Source: Anaeromyxobacteraceae bacterium | GTDB lineage: Bacteria > Myxococcota > Myxococcia > Myxococcales > Anaeromyxobacteraceae | Assembly (NCBI GenBank): GCA_047602405.1 | Contig: JASGHJ010000002.1 | Coordinates: 576,001 to 640,000 of the forward strand | Direction of reading: 5' to 3' | Length of the DNA stretch: 64,000 bases | Shown: piece after piece, positions 1-9,449 of the stretch | Numbering within the stretch: position 1 is the first letter of the stretch | How the letters are laid out: every line of letters starts with the position of its first letter | Made by a program: the position numbers and the translations under genes | Notes under the pieces: generated by a model | What the model was told of the DNA's origin: nothing | What the model saw: only the letters and a program-made list of their open reading frames with translations | The model's database searches: none

Positions 1-97
1 GCAGTTCGAGGAGGCGCTGTGGCGCCCGGCCTCGGACTGGCTGCTCGCGCGGGCGGGTGAGGCCGGCGCAGCGCCTCGGTCCTCGCGGCAGGGCTGA
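1..97 (+). CDS. 3' end of a CDS entering the window (QFEEALWRPASDWLLAR...RQG*), product unknown
   Basis: Open frame from position 2 with GC3-biased codons, ending at TGA 95-97. Confidence 0.5.
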   Translation, partial: QFEEALWRPASDWLLARAGEAGAAPRSSRQG

Positions 98-174
98 GGC
101 CCGTCGCGTCGAGGCGTCGAGGCGAAGCCGCGCCGACGTAACCCCTGGAAGGCTCGGGCGTTCGCCCCGGCCGC

Positions 175-202
175 TTGACAGCGACTGTTAACGATATATC
201 GT
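175..202 (+). promoter_or_regulatory. sigma70-type promoter with an overlapping palindromic operator (probable PadR autoregulation site)
   Basis: TTGACA at 175-180, TATCGT at 197-202 (16-bp spacer); perfect palindrome ACGATATATCGT at 191-202 covers the -10. Confidence 0.7.
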
Positions 203-265
203 GAGTGTGTCTCGAACGCTCGCGATGGTCGCGGGCGCGGGACACGAAAGGCTGAAGAGGACACG

Positions 266-958
266 ATGTTCAAAAGACACGATCGGCGCCGCGAGGGCGG
301 CGAGCACGCGGGCGAGGCGGAGTTCGACCCGAGGACGTTCTGGGCGATGGCAGGCCGCGGGCACCGCGGCGGCGGGCGCGGCCACGGCGGCGACGAGGGC
401 GGCGGAGGCGACGGCGACGGGGGCAACCCGTTCGGTGGCAACCCCTTCCGCCACTTCGGCCCCTTCCGCCGGTTCCCGTGGGAGGGCATGCACCGCGGCG
501 GTCCGCGGGCGCGTCGCGGTGACATCCGCGCGGCGATCCTGGCGCTCCTCGCCGAGGCGCCGCGCAACGGCTACCAGATCATGCAGGAGGTCGAGCAGCG
601 CAGCCAGGGCCTGTGGCGGCCCAGCCCGGGCTCGGTCTACCCGGCCCTGCAGCAGCTCGAGGACGAGGGGCTCGTGAAGGCGGAGGCGAGCGGCGGGGGG
701 CGGGAGTTCCAGCTCACCGCGAAGGGCCAGGCCCACGTGAAGGAGCACGCGAAGGAGCTCGAGTCACCCTGGGCGGCGGTCGGCCGCGAGGGGGGCCGCG
801 AGGAGATGATCGAGCTCTGGCAGCAGATCGGGCAGGTCGGCTCGGCCGTCGCGCAGGTCGCGCGCTCGGGCACCGACGCGCAGCGCGCCGAGGCGAAGAA
901 GATCCTGTCGGAGGCGCGGCGCGCGCTCTACCGGCTGCTCGCCGAGGACGAGGGATGA
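266..958 (+). CDS. PadR-family transcriptional regulator with Gly/His-rich N-terminus
   Basis: RGDIRAAILALL..PRNGYQIM..WRPSPGSVYPALQQLEDEGLV winged-helix signature; GAGGA RBS. Confidence 0.93.
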   Translation: MFKRHDRRREGGEHAGEAEFDPRTFWAMAGRGHRGGGRGHGGDEGGGGDGDGGNPFGGNPFRHFGPFRRFPWEGMHRGGPRARRGDIRAAILALLAEAPRNGYQIMQEVEQRSQGLWRPSPGSVYPALQQLEDEGLVKAEASGGGREFQLTAKGQAHVKEHAKELESPWAAVGREGGREEMIELWQQIGQVGSAVAQVARSGTDAQRAEAKKILSEARRALYRLLAEDEG

Positions 959-1063
959 GCCCCGCGGTCACCTCCGGGGTCGCCCTCGGCTGGTGGTCGC
1001 TCCTGCTCTCCCAGGCGTTGCCGGGGCTGGCGTGGTGTCTCGCGCCTGCCCCCGAGGTGAACC

Positions 1064-2113
1064 ATGAATCGCAAGCAGATCGCGCTTCTCGCGGGCGCAG
1101 CGGTGGTGCTCGCGGGCGGCGTCGCCGCCGCGGCGCACCGCGGGCCACGGGACCTGGCCCTGACCGGCGTCGTGACGACGGAGGAGGTGGTGGTGAGCCC
1201 GCTCGTCGCGGGGCGCCTCGTGGCGCTCCACGTGCGGGAGGGCGACGCGGTGACCCGCGGGCAGCTCCTCGCGGAGCTCGCGCCGGCGGAGCTCGAGGCG
1301 GAGCGGAGCTACTGGGCGCGGAGCGCCGAGGTCCTCGCGGCGGCGGTGGACGAGCGCGGCGCGACCGCCGCGGCCGAGGCGCGTGAGGACGCCGCGCGGG
1401 TCCGGCAGGCCGGGGCCGCGGTGGCGGTCGCGGAGGCCGAGCGCGCCGCCGCCGCCGCGCAGCTCGACGACGCCCGCGACAGCTGGGAGCGCCAGGCGCG
1501 GCTCCTGCGGGAGGGCTCCGGGACCGCCGAGGGCGAGGAGCACGCGCGGCGGGTGCTCGAGGCGGCCGGCGCCCGGGCCGGTGCGCTCGGCCGCGAGGTC
1601 GAGGGGCGGCGCGCGGCGCTCGAGCTCGCCCGGGCGAGCGCGGCGCGGGCCGTCGCCCGGCGCGCGGCGCTCGCGGGGGCGCGCCAGCAGGCGCTCGCGG
1701 CCGACGCGCAGCGCGCCCGGGCCGACGTGCGCCTCGGCGAGGCGCGGCTCACCTCGCCGCTCGACGGCGTCGTGAGCGTCCGGGCCGCCCGGGCCGGCGA
1801 GATCGTCGGCGCGGGGCAGGCGGTGGTCACCCTCGTCGACCCCGACGACCTGTGGGTCCGGGTCGACGTGGAGGAGGGCCAGGTCGGGCGCCTGCGGCTC
1901 GGGGACCGGCTCCCGGTCCGCCTCGCCTCTGGCGACGTGCGCGAGGGCACGGTCACCTACCGGGGCGTCGACGCGGCGTTCGCCACCGCGCGCGACCTCC
2001 CCGGTCCGCGGCGCGACCTGCGCACGTTCGAGGTCCGCCTGCGGATCGACGACCGCGACCGGCGGCTCGCCCCCGGCGCCTCCGCGACCGTGCTGCTCCC
2101 GGCGGAGGGGTGA
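1064..2113 (+). CDS. HlyD-family membrane fusion / periplasmic adaptor protein
   Basis: N-terminal TM anchor, lipoyl half-motifs (V.EGD.V..GQLL; SPLDGVV), coiled coil; GAGGTG RBS. Confidence 0.9.
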   Translation: MNRKQIALLAGAAVVLAGGVAAAAHRGPRDLALTGVVTTEEVVVSPLVAGRLVALHVREGDAVTRGQLLAELAPAELEAERSYWARSAEVLAAAVDERGATAAAEAREDAARVRQAGAAVAVAEAERAAAAAQLDDARDSWERQARLLREGSGTAEGEEHARRVLEAAGARAGALGREVEGRRAALELARASAARAVARRAALAGARQQALAADAQRARADVRLGEARLTSPLDGVVSVRAARAGEIVGAGQAVVTLVDPDDLWVRVDVEEGQVGRLRLGDRLPVRLASGDVREGTVTYRGVDAAFATARDLPGPRRDLRTFEVRLRIDDRDRRLAPGASATVLLPAEG

Positions 2114-3105
2114 TGGCCGCCATCGACGTCAGGGACCTCACGAAGCGCTTCGGGGACTTCACCGCCGTGGACGGCATCGGCTTCTCGGTCGAGGAGGGCG
2201 AGATCTTCGGCCTCCTCGGCCCGAACGGCGCCGGCAAGTCCACGCTCATCCGCGTGCTCACGACCCTCCTGCCGCCGAGCGGCGGCACGGCGATCGTGGC
2301 GGGCCACGACGTCGCCCGGGATCCCGACGGCGTGCGCCGCGCGATTGGGGTCATCCCCCAGAACCTCACGAGCGATCGCGAGCTCTCGGTCGAGGAGAAC
2401 CTCGTCGTGTTCGCGAAGCTGCACGGCGTGCCGCGCGCCCGCCGCACGCGGCTCGTCGCGGAGCTCCTCGAGGCGGTCAGCCTCACGGAGTGGGCCGACC
2501 AGCAGGTGAAGCTCCTCTCCGGCGGCATGCGGCGGCGGGTGGACATCGCCCGGGGGCTCGTCCACGAGCCGCGCATCCTGTTCCTCGACGAGCCCACGAC
2601 CGGGCTCGACCCGGTCTCCCGGGCCGCGGTCTGGGAGATGCTGCGCAGGGTGAAGGAGGCGCGCGGCCTCACCGTGCTCCTCACCACCCACTACCTCGAG
2701 GAGGCCGACCAGCTCTGCGACCGGGTGGGGATTGTCGACCACGGCCGGCTGGTCGCGCTCGACGCCCCGCTCGCGCTCAAGGCCGCGCTGCCCGGGCGGA
2801 GCGTCCTCGACGCGAGCTTCGGCGGCGCGCCGGCCGCCTGGCCCGAGCGCCTGCGGGCGTTGCCGGCGGTGCGGGAGGTCTCCGGCACGGGTCCCGCGTA
2901 CCGGCTGGCCTCGGCCGACGGGCCGGTGACCACCCGCGCGCTCCTCGAGGCGGCCGCCGCCGACGGCGTCCCCGTCCTGTCCCTCGCCATCCAGAGCACC
3001 ACGCTCGACGACGTCTTCGTCCAGTTCACCGGCCGGCAGCTCCGGGACGCCCTGCAGGCGCCCCCGCCGTCCGAGAGCCCGGTCATGACCGGCAAGCGGG
3101 CCTGA
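2113..3105 (+). CDS. ABC transporter ATP-binding protein (DrrA-like)
   Basis: Walker A GPNGAGKST, signature LSGGM, Walker B LFLDEPT; TGATG coupling to the upstream gene. Confidence 0.95.
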   Translation: MAAIDVRDLTKRFGDFTAVDGIGFSVEEGEIFGLLGPNGAGKSTLIRVLTTLLPPSGGTAIVAGHDVARDPDGVRRAIGVIPQNLTSDRELSVEENLVVFAKLHGVPRARRTRLVAELLEAVSLTEWADQQVKLLSGGMRRRVDIARGLVHEPRILFLDEPTTGLDPVSRAAVWEMLRRVKEARGLTVLLTTHYLEEADQLCDRVGIVDHGRLVALDAPLALKAALPGRSVLDASFGGAPAAWPERLRALPAVREVSGTGPAYRLASADGPVTTRALLEAAAADGVPVLSLAIQSTTLDDVFVQFTGRQLRDALQAPPPSESPVMTGKRA

Positions 3106-3123
3106 GCCCGCGGAGTCTCCCCA

Positions 3124-4239
3124 ATGCATCGCATCCTCGCCATCGTGGAGCGCGAGCTGCGCCGGTTCCGGCGCTCGAAGATGCTCGTGTTCGTCACGGT
3201 CCTCTCCCCGCTGCTCCAGCTCGTCGTGCTCGGCCACGCCTTCGGCGGCACCCTCCACGGCCTGAAGGTCGGCCTCGTGGACCAGGATCACGGCCTGCCG
3301 GCGCTGAAGGTGAAGGAGCTCGCCGGCGCGGTCGCCGCGAACGCGCGCACCTTCGAGACCGTCGCCTACGCCGAGGAGGGCGCCGCCCTCGCCGACCTGA
3401 GGGACGGCAGGCTCTCCGGCGTCCTGACCATCCCGCCGGGCTTCTCGCGGCGCGTGCACGCGCGAGAGGCGCCGCGGGTCGCGCTCGTCGAGAACAACGC
3501 GGACCGGTTCGCGGCCGCCGCCCTCGGCGGCGCGGTCGGCGCCATGCTGGACGGCGCCTCCGGCCCTCGGCTCGAGCCCCGCGTGGAGCCGGGCGCGGTC
3601 CGCCTCGAGGTCGTCGAGCTGTTCCCGTTCGTGCCGTACATCCAGTACCTGATGCCCGGCACCATCTGCCTCGCGATCTTCACCATGGTGTCGATGGGCG
3701 GGGCGATGAGCTTCATCGACGACAAGACGCTGGGGCTCCACGAGGGCTACCTCGTGACCCCGCTCACGAAGCTCGAGATGGTGGCCGGCTTCACGCTCTC
3801 CGGGGCGGTCAAGGCCGTCATCTCGGGGGTCGTGCTGCTCGCGGCGGCGCTCGTCATCGCGGGCGTCGCGCAGCCGCTCGAGCCGGTCCGGCTCGCGAAG
3901 CTCGTGGTGATCATCGGCGTCACCGCGTTCGCGTTCGTCGGGATGATGTTCATGCTCATGGCCCGGGTGGAGAACCCGATGATCCCGCGGGTCGCGAGCA
4001 TGGTCCTCACGACGCTCCTCTACTTCCCGAGCGGCGCGGTCTACCCGACCCAGGCGTTCCCGGGCTGGCTGCGGGCCATCGCCGCGCTCGACCCGTTCAC
4101 CTACGCGGTCGACGCGTTGCGCGCGGTCCTGCTCCAGGGGGTCGGCCTGGGCGCCGTGGCCGGCGACCTCGCCGTGCTCCTCGCGTTCGGGGCCGTCACG
4201 AACGGGCTCGCGGCGGTGCTCCTGAAGCGGACGCTGTGA
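3124..4239 (+). CDS. ABC-2 type transporter permease
   Basis: Multiple TM helices; FPSGAVYP...PGWL...DPFTYAVDALR ABC-2 motif; operon context. Confidence 0.92.
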   Translation: MHRILAIVERELRRFRRSKMLVFVTVLSPLLQLVVLGHAFGGTLHGLKVGLVDQDHGLPALKVKELAGAVAANARTFETVAYAEEGAALADLRDGRLSGVLTIPPGFSRRVHAREAPRVALVENNADRFAAAALGGAVGAMLDGASGPRLEPRVEPGAVRLEVVELFPFVPYIQYLMPGTICLAIFTMVSMGGAMSFIDDKTLGLHEGYLVTPLTKLEMVAGFTLSGAVKAVISGVVLLAAALVIAGVAQPLEPVRLAKLVVIIGVTAFAFVGMMFMLMARVENPMIPRVASMVLTTLLYFPSGAVYPTQAFPGWLRAIAALDPFTYAVDALRAVLLQGVGLGAVAGDLAVLLAFGAVTNGLAAVLLKRTL

Positions 4240-4270
4240 GGCGGGTGCGGCGGGGCGGACGCCGTGGGGG

Positions 4271-4423
4271 TCAGCCCTTCAGCATCGCGACCAGCATCAG
4301 CGCGAAGAAGATGGGCACCGCGATGGCCACCACGCTCCCGAGCGCGAGGGCGACGATGACGCCCGCGCGGGCGGGGCCGGACGGCGGGAGCTGCTCGAGG
4401 AGGGCTCTCAGCTGGCGCTTCAC
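4271..4423 (-). CDS. Small (50 aa) membrane protein, not in ORF track
   Basis: MKRQLRALLEQLPPSGPARAGVIVALALGSVVAIAVPIFFALMLVAMLKG*; GC3-biased codons; TAAGAT 6 nt before the GTG. Confidence 0.65.
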   Translation of the reverse strand: MKRQLRALLEQLPPSGPARAGVIVALALGSVVAIAVPIFFALMLVAMLKG

Positions 4424-4489
4424 GCGGGCATCTTAGCCGAGGTTCCGCCCCGCTTGATCCCGGCGTGCGGGAAGGCTACCAACGGACGC

Positions 4490-5548
4490 GTGTCGGCGCT
4501 GGAACAGCTGGGGTGGGGCCCGTTCTTCGACGGGCAGCTCACCGACGAGGAGCGGCGGGGGCTCGTGCCCGGCCGCGTCCTCGCCGACCTCGGCCCCTGG
4601 CTCGTCGTCCGGTACGCCGATCAGGACCGCAACACCATCGTGCCGGGGAAGATCCGCGGGACCGCGGCGGCGCCGGTGGTCGGCGACTTCGTCCTCGCGC
4701 CCCCCGTGCCGTCGCCCGGCGTGGCGCGGGTCCTCGCCCGCCGGAGCCGCATCTCGCGGAACGTCGCCGGCCGGCAGGTGGGCGAGCAGGTGCTCGCCGC
4801 CAACGTCGACGTGGTGTTCGTGGTCGACGCGCTCGACGCCCTCTCCGGCGACATGGTCCGCCGCATCGAGCGCTCGGTCGCGGCGGTGGTGGCGGGCGGC
4901 GCGACGCCGGTCGTGCTGCTCGGGAAGAGCGACCTCGCCGACGAGCTCGAGCCGTTCCTCGAGGCCGCCCGCGCGGCGGCGCCCGGCGTGGAGGTCCGCG
5001 CGGTCTCGGGCAAGCGCGGGATCGGCGTCGACGGCCTGCGCGCGCACCTCGCGGCGGGCCGCACCGCCGCGTTCCTGGGCCCCTCCGGCGCCGGCAAGTC
5101 GACGCTCGTGAACGCGCTCCTCGGCGAGGACGTGCAGGTGGTGGGCGGCGTGCGCGAGCGCGACGGCCGCGGCCGGCACACCACCACGACCCGGCGGCTG
5201 TTCCCGCTCACCGGCGGCGGCGCCGTCGTCGATGGCCCCGGGATCCGGGAGCTCAAGCTCTGGGACGGAGGCGGGCTCGAGCGCACGTTCGAGGAGGTGG
5301 CCGAGGTCGCCGCGCGCTGCCGGTTCAGCGACTGCGCGCACGCCGGCGAGCCGGGCTGCGCGGTGCGCGAGGCGCTCGAGCGCGGGGCGCTCGAGGAGGA
5401 GCGGGTGGCCGGCTACCTGAAGCTCGGCGCCGAGGCCGCCGCGCAGGCCGCGCGGCGAGCGGAGCCGAACCGCGCGGAGCGCAAGCGCTGGGAGAAGGAG
5501 ACGACCCGGGCCCTGCGGAAGCTGCAGAAGGGGCGGGGGGAGGACTGA
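4490..5548 (+). CDS. rsgA: Ribosome small subunit-dependent GTPase A
   Basis: OB-fold PVVGDFV, AANVD, circularly permuted GKSD / GPSGAGKST / GRHTT / DGPG, Zn finger CRFSDCAHAGEPGC; GTG at 4490 (LEQLGW N-terminus). Confidence 0.93.
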   Translation: MSALEQLGWGPFFDGQLTDEERRGLVPGRVLADLGPWLVVRYADQDRNTIVPGKIRGTAAAPVVGDFVLAPPVPSPGVARVLARRSRISRNVAGRQVGEQVLAANVDVVFVVDALDALSGDMVRRIERSVAAVVAGGATPVVLLGKSDLADELEPFLEAARAAAPGVEVRAVSGKRGIGVDGLRAHLAAGRTAAFLGPSGAGKSTLVNALLGEDVQVVGGVRERDGRGRHTTTTRRLFPLTGGGAVVDGPGIRELKLWDGGGLERTFEEVAEVAARCRFSDCAHAGEPGCAVREALERGALEEERVAGYLKLGAEAAAQAARRAEPNRAERKRWEKETTRALRKLQKGRGED

Positions 5549-5578
5549 GCTCCCTCTTCAACCCCCGATCCCCCCCCA

Positions 5579-6829
5579 ACCCCGATCCCCCCAGCCCCAG
5601 AGGCTTCCTCGGAGCAGGGGGCGCCCGCAGGCCGACGATCGCTCTTTTGGGGTGAATTCACCCTGCGTGTCGTGGCGTGCGGACCAGGGCGGGGGCGCGT
5701 CGGGCACGCTTCGACCCGAGATCGTTCACATGGGATGGAACGCGAACAGACCACTCCGGCGCCGCCGGAGCAGTCGGTGAGTTTCGGAGGTCGGGCGGCC
5801 CGCGCTAGACAGGCGGGGCGCAGGCGGCGCCGAGCACGGCGCCCATGGCCCAGGTGCCGGGCGGGAACACGACGTTCCACATGCCCTTGCGGAACAGCTC
5901 GAAGGCCTTGCGGTACGCGTCCTGGAACGCCTTCAGCTGCTGCTGCGCCTCGATCCGCTTCCACCGGTCGGACGCCGCGATCTTCGGGTTGAGCTTGCTC
6001 GGCGGTTCCTTCCCGGCCGGATGCTGCCACCACTGCTGCCGGAGCACCCGCCGCAGCCCCGCGAACTTGCGCCGCTCGCCGTCCTCGGTGCGCGCCGCCT
6101 GCTTCTCGAGCGCCGCGAGCGCGCCCTTCACCGACTCGCGGTACCGCTCTGCCGAGAAGCCCTTCGGCGGCACGAGCGCGAGCACGGCGCTGTCGGGCAT
6201 GTTCCCGTCCTTCGAGAAGAACATCTCCGGCCGCTCGTACTCGCGCCCCGTGCCGAGCTCCTCGAACGAGGACCAGAGCCCGGGCCAGTGGCTGCCGTGC
6301 TCGACGAGCCCCGCAGCGACCGGGTTCGCGAGCGTGTAGGCCGCCTTCGCGATGACGGAGCCCTCGTCCTCGAGCGAGACCGCGCTGTAGCTCCCGGGGG
6401 CCCAGGCCGACTCGAAGCGTTCGTGGAGGGTGTTGAGGAAGAGCGCGAGGTTCATGTTCAGCTCCTGGGCGAAGCGCGGGAGCTGGGCGAAGGGGTCGGA
6501 GAGGATCAGGTGGTAGTGGTTGGAGACGACGCACCAGGCGTGAAGCTCGATTCTTGTGTCGCCGGGCGGCGACGGCGAGGAGGTAGCCGAAGGCGTTGTT
6601 GAGCCGCACGGAGGGCACCATCAGGAAGAGCCGGTGCAGGCAACGGCGGGTGAACAGGTAGGTCTTGCCCGGAAGGATTCTGGCGGGGTGCGGTCATGGC
6701 CTCCCGCGCATTCCACGCACCGTGCCGCTCCCAACTCCCTGGATTCCCAGGCCCCCGCCACCCGCACGCCGGCCGTTCCGCGGACCACCGTCCAATCGGC
6801 GGACCTCTGGGGCAGGGGGGGATTGGGGT
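5579..6829. mobile_element. Putative HUH (RAYT/IS200-like) transposase element with imperfect terminal inverted repeats
   Basis: Left ACCCCGATCCCCCCAGCCCCAGAGG (5579-5603) vs reverse complement of 6804-6829 ACCCCAATCCCCCCCTGCCCCAGAGG, enclosing a single HUH transposase gene. Confidence 0.6.
5805..6697 (-). CDS. HUH tyrosine transposase (REP-associated/IS200-like, Y1), interrupted by two +1 frameshifts
   Basis: Reconstructed MTAPRQILPGKTYLFTRRCLHRLFL...IELHAWCVVSNHYHLILSD (HUH)...AAYTLANPVAAGLVE (catalytic Tyr, NPV.AGLV); GGGAGG RBS; extra bases at ~6551 and ~6678. Confidence 0.85.
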
Positions 6830-6920
6830 AGGGGGGCCGCGGGGGGAGCCGGGCCACCCGTCCCCCGCCCGCCTACCTCCGGACCCTCCCGCGCGCGGCC
6901 GGGAGGCCGCACGTTGAGTC

Positions 6921-7667
6921 GTGACGACCGCCAACGAAACCCCCTGGGAACGCTTTCTGCTCGCCTGCTGGGCCCTGTGGGCCGTCCTCACGCGGGACGA
7001 CGTCGCCGCAGCGGTCCGCAGGCTGCACGACCGCGGGGATGGCGCGGCGCCGGACGGGCGCCCGCCGCCGCCACCCGAGCCCCGCTGGTCGCAGCCCCCC
7101 ACGCCACCGCCTCCGCCGGCGTCGGCCACGATCCTCATGCCGCCGGAGCCGGAGACCGCGCCGACGCCCGCGCCCCCCATCGCGCCGCCGTCCCCGCCCC
7201 GCGAGCCGAGCCTCACGCCCATCGGGCCGATGCCCTTCGCGGACAAGCAGGCGGAGGGCCCGCGCGCCGTCGAGCTGCTCGCGCTGCTCCAGCGGGAGGG
7301 CCGGCTGCTGGACTTCGTCGAGGAGGACCTCGGCGGGGCGAGCGATTGGGCGATCGGCCAGGCGGCGCGCGAGGTGCACGCCGGCTGCCGCCGCGCCGTC
7401 GCGCGGGTCTTCGCGCTCGAGCCGGTGCTGCCGGGCGGGGAGGGCACCGAGGTGACGGTCGAGCGCGCGCTCGTCCCGGGGCTCGTCACGCTCCGCGGCG
7501 CCGCGCCCGGCGAGGCGCCGGTGCGCGGGCGGCTGCGCCACCACGGCTGGCGCGTGCGCGACGTGCTGCCCGCGCCGCGGCTCGCGGATCCGAGGGTGGT
7601 GCAGCCGGCGGAGGTGGAGGCGGCGGGTCCCGCGGCGGAGGCGGGGGAGCCGGCGTCGCCGGCCTAG
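6921..7667 (+). CDS. DUF2760 domain protein with Pro-rich linker
   Basis: ELLALLQREGRLLDFVEEDL...IGQAAREVHAGC...GRLRHHGW...VVQPAEVE. Confidence 0.8.
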   Translation: MTTANETPWERFLLACWALWAVLTRDDVAAAVRRLHDRGDGAAPDGRPPPPPEPRWSQPPTPPPPPASATILMPPEPETAPTPAPPIAPPSPPREPSLTPIGPMPFADKQAEGPRAVELLALLQREGRLLDFVEEDLGGASDWAIGQAAREVHAGCRRAVARVFALEPVLPGGEGTEVTVERALVPGLVTLRGAAPGEAPVRGRLRHHGWRVRDVLPAPRLADPRVVQPAEVEAAGPAAEAGEPASPA

Positions 7668-8644
7668 AGCCGCCCGGTCCCGCGCCGCTTCCCCGCGAAG
7701 GTCGGCGGCACGGCCGACACGAGCGTGTCCCGCCGCACGCTCTGGCGTGGCGGCGCGACCGCGCCCAGGAGCTCCGGGCCCGCGTCCGAGAGCGCGTTCG
7801 CGAGCGCGGCGCGCATGGCGGCGGCGCTCGCGGGCCGGCGGTCGCGCTCGCGCTCGAGGGCGCTCGCGACGAGCTCGGCGAGGGCGCGCGGCACGCCGGG
7901 CCGGTGCTGCTCGAGCGGGGGCGCCGGCGCCTCGAGCTGCCGGGTCACCACCGCGATCGGCGTCGGCCCGTCGAAGGGCGGCACGCCGGCGAGCATCTCG
8001 AAGAGCATCACCCCGACCGCGTACAGGTCGGCCCGCCCGTCGACCGCCTCTCCGCGGAGCTGCTCCGGGCTCATGTACGCGGGGGTCCCGAAGACGACGC
8101 CGGTCTTCTCCCTCGTGTCGTCGGTCGCCAGCACCGAGATGCCGAAGTCGAGCACCTCGATCCGCTCGGGCGCGCCCTCGACCGGCACCACCATCACGTT
8201 CGCGGGCTTGAGGTCGCGGTGGACGATGCCGGCGCCGTGCGCCTCGACGAGCACGCGCAGGAGCTGGTCCGCGATGTTCGCGGCCCGCGCCGGCGTGAAG
8301 GGCCCGTCCTCGTCGAGCGCGCGGGAGAGGTCGCGGCCGGCCACGAGCTCCATGGCGATCCAGCCGAGCCCGTCCGGCGTGTGTCCGGACGCGAAGATCT
8401 CGATGCAGGAGAGGTCCTTGATCTGGCGGGCGGCGAAGACCTCGCGCTCGATGCGCTCGAGCGCGTCCGGATCGACCGACTCCTGATCGAAGAGCTTCAC
8501 CGCGACCGCCCGGCCCGTCCCGAGCTCCTCGGCCCGGTACACCGTCCCCGCGCCGCCCTGGCCGAGCCGCTGGACGAGCCGGTAGCGCTCGGCGACCGTC
8601 GTCCCGGCCCGATCGTCCGGGGGCGCGTCGGCGGGTGGGGACAT
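7664..8644 (-). CDS. Hanks-type Ser/Thr protein kinase (cytoplasmic, no TM)
   Basis: GQGGAGTVY, VAVK, HRDLKPAN, DFG, GTPAYMSPEQ, DLYAVG. Confidence 0.95.
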   Translation of the reverse strand: MSPPADAPPDDRAGTTVAERYRLVQRLGQGGAGTVYRAEELGTGRAVAVKLFDQESVDPDALERIEREVFAARQIKDLSCIEIFASGHTPDGLGWIAMELVAGRDLSRALDEDGPFTPARAANIADQLLRVLVEAHGAGIVHRDLKPANVMVVPVEGAPERIEVLDFGISVLATDDTREKTGVVFGTPAYMSPEQLRGEAVDGRADLYAVGVMLFEMLAGVPPFDGPTPIAVVTRQLEAPAPPLEQHRPGVPRALAELVASALERERDRRPASAAAMRAALANALSDAGPELLGAVAPPRQSVRRDTLVSAVPPTFAGKRRGTGRL

Positions 8645-8672
8645 GGAGCGGTCATCCTAGTAGCCTCGCCCC

Positions 8673-9437
8673 ATGCCCGTCCACGACGCCGCGCGCGGGT
8701 TCGACACCGCGGCCGACGCGTACGTCCGGGGCCGCCCGGAGTACCCCCCGGCGGCCCTCGCCTGGGTGTCGCGCGGACTCTCGCTCGGGCCCGGCCGTCG
8801 CATCCTCGACCTCGGCGCCGGCACCGGGAAGCTCTCGGCGGCGCTCGCCGCGACCGGCGCGGAGGTCCTGGCCCTCGAGCCGAGCGCGGGCATGCTCGCG
8901 AAGGCCCGCGCGCCCCGGCTCCGCGGCCTGCGCGCGCTCGCCGAGGCCCTCCCGCTGCGCGACGCCTCGCTGGACGGGGCCACCGCCGGCACGGCGTTCC
9001 ACTGGTTCGACGGGGACCGCGCGGTGCCGGAGCTCCGGCGCGCGCTCCGGCCCGGCGGGCGCGCGGCGCTCCTGTGGAACCTGCGCGACGTCGAGGTGCC
9101 CTGGATCGCCGCGCTCGGCGCGATCGTGAACCGCGGCGAGGCCGGCGTGCCGCGGTACCGCCACGGCCTCTGGCGCCGGGCCCTGCTCACGGCGCCCGGC
9201 GGGTTCCGGCTCGTCGAGGAGGCCGTGTTCCGGCACGTGCACCACCTGTCGCTCGACCAGCTCGTCGATCGCGTGACCTCGGTGAGCTTCGTGGCCGCCG
9301 CCGCGCCGGCCGCGCGGGCGGCGGTGCTCGACGAGGTGCGGGCGCTCGTCGCGGCGCACCCCGACACGCGCGGGCGCGACGTCCTGCCGCTCGCCTACCG
9401 GACGGACGCCTTCCTCTTCGAGCGGCTGCCGGGCTGA
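8673..9437 (+). CDS. Class I SAM-dependent methyltransferase
   Basis: YVRGRPEYP, ILDLGAGTGK, AFHWFD, LRPGG. Confidence 0.92.
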   Translation: MPVHDAARGFDTAADAYVRGRPEYPPAALAWVSRGLSLGPGRRILDLGAGTGKLSAALAATGAEVLALEPSAGMLAKARAPRLRGLRALAEALPLRDASLDGATAGTAFHWFDGDRAVPELRRALRPGGRAALLWNLRDVEVPWIAALGAIVNRGEAGVPRYRHGLWRRALLTAPGGFRLVEEAVFRHVHHLSLDQLVDRVTSVSFVAAAAPAARAAVLDEVRALVAAHPDTRGRDVLPLAYRTDAFLFERLPG

Positions 9438-9449
9438 TAGAGTGCTCCC

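Noticed and set aside
955..1063. Small hydrophobic ORF starting at the ATGA overlap after padR (MSPAVTSGVALGWW...)
   Set aside because: The frame has no nearby stop and runs out of frame through the HlyD gene; no independent support
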